The notes below the pieces were generated by a model. It was not told where the DNA came from. It saw only the letters and a program-made list of their open reading frames with translations, and did no database searches. From Okamejei kenojei (lineage: Eukaryota): a stretch of 64,000 nucleotides of DNA. This document shows, in pieces, positions 59,578-64,000 of this stretch; the stretch's first letter is position 1, and the number at the start of each line of letters is the position of its first letter. Made by a program: the position numbers and the translations under genes. The stretch spans positions 27,838,001 to 27,902,000 of the forward strand of contig CM069159.1 of the NCBI GenBank assembly GCA_035221665.1, read 5' to 3'.

Positions 59578-59975
59578 AAGAGTCAAGAGGTTTTTAATTG
59601 TCATATGTCCTGGCATCAGTCAATGAAATTCTTACTTGCTGCAGCTTAACAGGCCCATTCACATAATAACACACAGATAAATATATAATAATCAATAGTA
59701 CAATAAATTAATAACTATAATGCTAGGTAACCACAATAGTGCAAAACAGAAGTCCATAGTGCTCCCAAAACAAAACCCAAAGAAGATCAGTGTTGCTGAG
59801 GTTTGTGTCGTGTCGTGTTCAAGAGCCTGATGGTTGCTGAGAAGAAGCTGTTCTTGAACCTGGAGGTCATGGTTTTCAGCTTCTGCACAATGAGATGGGT
59901 GCGTGACCAGGGTGGTTGACGATATTGGCTGCCTTTTTGAAGCAGTGCCTCCTGTAGATCCCTTCAATGGTGCCA
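59578..59975 (-). mobile_element. Rex1/Babar-like 3' fragment
   Basis: agagtcaagag tail (reverse complement), gaagctgttcttgaacctggaggtc, gcagtgcctcctgtagat. Confidence 0.7.
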
Positions 59976-60394
59976 TTCAAAGGCAAGTAGGTGGTTCCCC
60001 TTGTCTTCCGTTAATATTCTTCTCTCAACATTGCCAATAATCAATCATTTCACCCCTCGGATCAGTTGATATACACAAAGTGCTTTTCCACATGCAACTT
60101 CACAGTGAATGAGAAGTTATCTAATGTTGTGCTTGATTCATGAGAAAGTGACTGCATGGAAATATTAGTGTGAATCACGTTCGTAGATCATGGAGTGGAA
60201 TTTGAGAGTCAGAGAGGAATGAAGTAAATTATAGTCTCTTCCCAATGCAGCGTGAACACGTTCATAGCTCACTGGCCGAGAATTCACAGACATCGGAAAT
60301 CGGTCCTTAATGTCTATAAACATTTCTAAAATTAATTAACCACATTTAAACTAAAGGAACTTAATTGAAGTATAATGTTATTTCGAAATTGAGT

Positions 60395-61475
60395 CTGTGT
60401 GTGTGCGCGTGCGTGTATGTCTGTGTGTGCGAGTGCGAGTGGTCTGTGTGCGTGAGTGAGCGTTGTCTTTGTGCATGTGTATGTGAGTGGTGAATGTGCA
60501 TGTGTGTGCATGTGAGTGGTGCAGGTGTGCATGTGTGTGAGTGGCATGTGAGTGTGTGAGTGGCGTGTGTGTGTCTGTATATGTGTGTAATTGATTTGAT
60601 TTGATTCAATTCATTGTCATTGTCTTCAAGTAAGAGAAAACAAAATGCTATTTCCCATACAGTCATACAAATAATAAAGAACAAAACAACACAAAACACA
60701 GAAGTCCACAACACAAACATCCCCACAGCGGCACCAAAGTTCCCCACTGTGAGGGAAGGAACCAAAGTCCAGTCAACGTCCTTGCTGATGTGCCCCTATG
60801 TTCACCCGTGGTCGTGGCCTCCCGAGCCCCCCGTAGTCGCCGCCACGGGCGGCCCGATGATCAGGCCCTCTCGCCGGGAACGATGGAACCCCGACTTCGA
60901 ACGGAAGAACTCCGGAGCTTCAAACGGCGATCCCAAGTAAGGCATCGCCCGCTCCGGGATGTATCCAGCGCTGCGCCGCCGCTGCTGAAGCTCTGGTCCG
61001 CTCCCGGCAGGAAAGGCCGCGCCAATCCAGTTGGTAGGCCGCGAGGAGGTGGGCGAGGGTGCAACTTGGATAATAGTCGCATCCTCGCCAGGAAGTGACT
61101 GAAGGACGGTTTCCCCCTTACCCTACCCTCCTCCCCCACATAAAATACTAAAAAAGAATTGTTTTAAAACCCAAAAACATACTTTAACCATACTAAAAAT
61201 AAAAAAGATTAAACGACAAACAGACTGTAGGCGGAGGCAGCCATTCAACAGCGCCACCGAATGTATGTGTATGTGCGTGTTTGTGTGTGTGTATGTGTTG
61301 GTGTGCATGGGTGTGACTGGTGAGTGAGTGGTGTGTGTGTCTGTATATGCGTGGGTGTGTGTATGTGTGTGAGTGGTGTGCGTGTGGCATGCGTGTGTGT
61401 ATGCGTGTGAGTGGTGTGCGTGTGGCATGCGTGTGTGTATGCGTGTGAGTGGTGTGCGTGTGGCATGCATGCGTG
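60395..61475. repeat. Degenerate TG-rich microsatellite split by an insertion; includes a ~38-bp unit x3 at ~61366-61468
   Basis: TG-rich tracts at 60395-60590 and 61261-61475. Confidence 0.9.
60590..61259 (-). mobile_element. ~670-bp GC-rich non-autonomous retroposon, possibly Rex1/Babar-mobilised
   Basis: Minus-strand 5' end cggtggcgctgttgaatggctgcctcc, CpG-rich middle, 3' end aatgacaatgaattg(aatca)n. Confidence 0.55.
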
Positions 61476-62647
61476 AACCAGCTTTTTCCCAGGCAATTTA
61501 CTCTTTAGGCCTTTATTGTCTTTGAAAGTTTTGTCAATTATAAACCTGGTCAATATTATTTGCCACGCTTTTCCTTACATGCTGTTAAACCAGCAGACCG
61601 CCAAGTTTCACATTGTACAGCCCGCATTCCGTCTCTGTAGCAAGCCCGATCAAGGCCCACATTGATTCTGTAACGTGCTCTATCAATCTCATCAGAAAAC
61701 TTCCCCTTAACAAAACATGGATTAAAACATCAGAGAGCAAAAAGTATTATTTTAATCCTATAAATGTCTTTTTTTTTATCCCTTTTACAGCAGTGATATT
61801 AATTACACAGACAGTTAATGGTAGCGAACTGTGATTTCCTGAAAGAACCAATTCCAATTTTTAACATAATGCATGGAGATACAGATAATCAAGAACTGCT
61901 TATTTGAGCTTGTGGTTGAATGAGTTTAGATTTGGTTCCTTCAGTGATTCCGTTTTTACGAGGTAATTGGGATTGCAAAGTGCACCATTTTCATCAAATG
62001 TTGTCTTGTGCCGAACAAATCACTGACTGCCTGCCTTCTCTCAAGTCCCATAGCAACTGTAATGTTAACTGATTGAGCAAAGTGTTACTTTACAATACAT
62101 CACCGACTATTACTGCAGATCAGAGCCCAAGGATAATTTCTGCTGCAATACGTGTGCTATTTGATGAATAATTGGTTTCAGAAATGGTTTAGGACACAAT
62201 TTGTATGCAAATCAAAATGGATACGAAGAGAGAGAGGGACAAACTCAGGTGCAAGGAAACGTTTTCAAATACGAGTCTGAAGAAGGGTTCTGACCCAAAA
62301 TGTCACCTATTACTTTTCTCCAGAGATGCAGCCTGACCCGCTGAGTTACTCCAGCATTTTGTGTTGAATGGTTCTCTTTCCACAAGTACAGTCTGACCCT
62401 CTGAGTGTTTCCAGCATTTCCTATATTTATTTCAGATTTGCAGCACTTCCTATATTTATTTCAGTTTTGCAGAATCTATCTTTGTTTTTGAAAAAAAAGG
62501 ATGATTGCACTGACTCCAAGGCAGGAATGTCATAGTTAGCCTTGACAAAGCAGAGGGATGAAAGGGCCACGCAGGGCATTTCAGTTGGATAATTATCTGG
62601 TATTCACAGTTAGGAAGAGGGAGTGTGAGCATTGTGGGGAAAAACCT

Positions 62648-63065
62648 CCAATAGACAATAGACAATATACAATAGGTGCAGGAGTAGGCCATTCGGCCCT
62701 TCGAACCAGCACCGCCATTCAATGTGATCATGGCTGATCATCCCCAATCAGTACCCCGTTCCTGCCATCTCCCCATATCCCCTGACTCCACTATCTTTAA
62801 GAGCCCTATCTAGCTCTCTCTTGAAAGTATCCAGAGAACCAGCCTCCACCATCCTCTGAGGCAGAGAATTCCACAGACTCGCAACTCTCTGTGAGAAAAA
62901 GTATTTCCTCGTCTCCGTTCTAAATGGCTTCCTCCTTATTCTTAAATTGTGGCCCCTGGTTCTGGACTCATGTTTCCTGCCTATAACATGTCCAAACCCT
63001 TAACAATCTTATATGCTTCAATAAGATCATCCTTCTATACTCCAGAGTGTACAAGCCCAGCTGCT
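62648..63065 (-). mobile_element. CR1 3' fragment
   Basis: caatagacaatagacaat tail; close match to 39905-40255. Confidence 0.88.
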
Positions 63066-63193
63066 TTATTCAGTAACACTCAAACAATAAACTTGAGAGA
63101 TGACCGGTTTAAAATGTTCTTCTGATGCCTTGGCATGGAGTGTTAAATGTTTCAGATGTGTAGGAAGGAACTGCAGATGTTGGTTTACAGTGA

Positions 63194-63803
63194 AGGTCCT
63201 GTCCCACATGTCATTCACGCGACAGGCCGGTAGTGACTGCCGCGCAAAAATCGTCTAGCAGTACGACAGCTGCGCGCCAAGTGCTCTTGAGGGCCCAGCT
63301 TCTTTTGGGAACCATTTGCGATGTCGTTCGTACTTAGTCGGATCTCCGTGGCAAGGATCTTCCCAGTAAAAAAATTTCAAAATTACGCACGCTTTATACC
63401 CGGGTGGTCACGTAATGCGGCGCTCAAATGATGTGAAAATGGTGCGCCAACGGCATACGGGCAGCGCATGGTTGCGGACGTTGATGCACGGTGACACATA
63501 ATAAATTAGCATTGGCAATGTATATGCGTCACCGTGCGTAACCATCCGTCACCACGCGCTAAACGTACGCCGTCTGTACATCAGCGTACACCATCAGTAA
63601 GTCAGTGTACGCAAGGGATACGTAATGCAGGAGGCGCGTGAGGAATTTGAGCATTCCAAAATCCTGGATGCCGCGCATTACCGCGCGTCACTGCATGCGC
63701 CTCCACGCCTCACCATGTACCACGCGCGCATCACGACGCGCCAAACAATTTTTAGGATGTTGCGTAAATTACGTGCAAATGATGCCCAAGTGGGACAGGC
63801 CCT
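63194..63803. mobile_element. Harbinger/PIF-type MITE, family B (610 bp, CpG-rich)
   Basis: TIR aggtcctgtcccac / gtgggacaggccct; exact 3-bp TSD tga; interrupts a Penelope tail (ggtttacagtga | agagagacacaaaatg). Confidence 0.85.
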
Positions 63804-63865
63804 TGAAGAGAGACACAAAATGCTGCTGGAGAAACTCAGCGGGTCGGGCAGCGTCGCTGGAGAAA

Positions 63866-64000
63866 AAGGGTCAAGGTTTAAGGATAAGGGGGAAGTCTTT
63901 TAGGACCGAGATGAGAAAATCATTTTTCACACTGAGAATGGTGAATCTGTGGAATTCTCTGCCACAGAAGGTAGTTGAGGCCAGTTTATTGGCTATATTT
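63866..64000 (+). mobile_element. Young CR1 3' fragment running off the window
   Basis: aaggataagggggaagtcttttaggaccgagatgagaaaatc...gaggccagt. Confidence 0.85.

Noticed and set aside
60332-61553. His/Thr-rich ORFs on the minus strand
   Set aside because: Translations of a (CA)n-type microsatellite
63194-63803. CpG island or host promoter, and ORF 63625-63903
   Set aside because: Bounded by TIRs and a TSD, so it is a MITE; the ORF runs across three different repeats

Overview
Repeat-dense vertebrate genomic DNA with no recognisable host protein-coding gene. The repeat set (tRNA-derived V-SINEs with CR1-like tails, young CR1 LINEs, Rex1/Babar LINE pieces, Penelope-like elements) suggests a cartilaginous fish, probably a skate or ray (inference). 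Almost all ORFs in the track are transposon fragments or chance. Large elements: a decayed DIRS tyrosine-recombinase retrotransposon (5409-11602) with a nested Passport-like Tc1 (6706-8328) and a solo LTR (10689-11151); a 5'-truncated Neptune-type Penelope element (30484-32965); a CR1 RT-to-3'-end copy (57648-58887); three Harbinger-type MITEs. Most notable: (i) a 148-bp retroposon at 27455-27602 (minus strand, exact 10-bp TSD) whose 5' end is the G1 of a minimal, P4-less HDV/CPEB3-like ribozyme fold; (ii) roughly two dozen or more minimal hammerhead ribozyme cores in Penelope terminal repeats, many in short fold-back units with their own TSDs; (iii) several locally templated duplications, insertions and quasi-palindrome conversions. 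All calls were made by eye with no database search; boundaries of decayed repeats are approximate.
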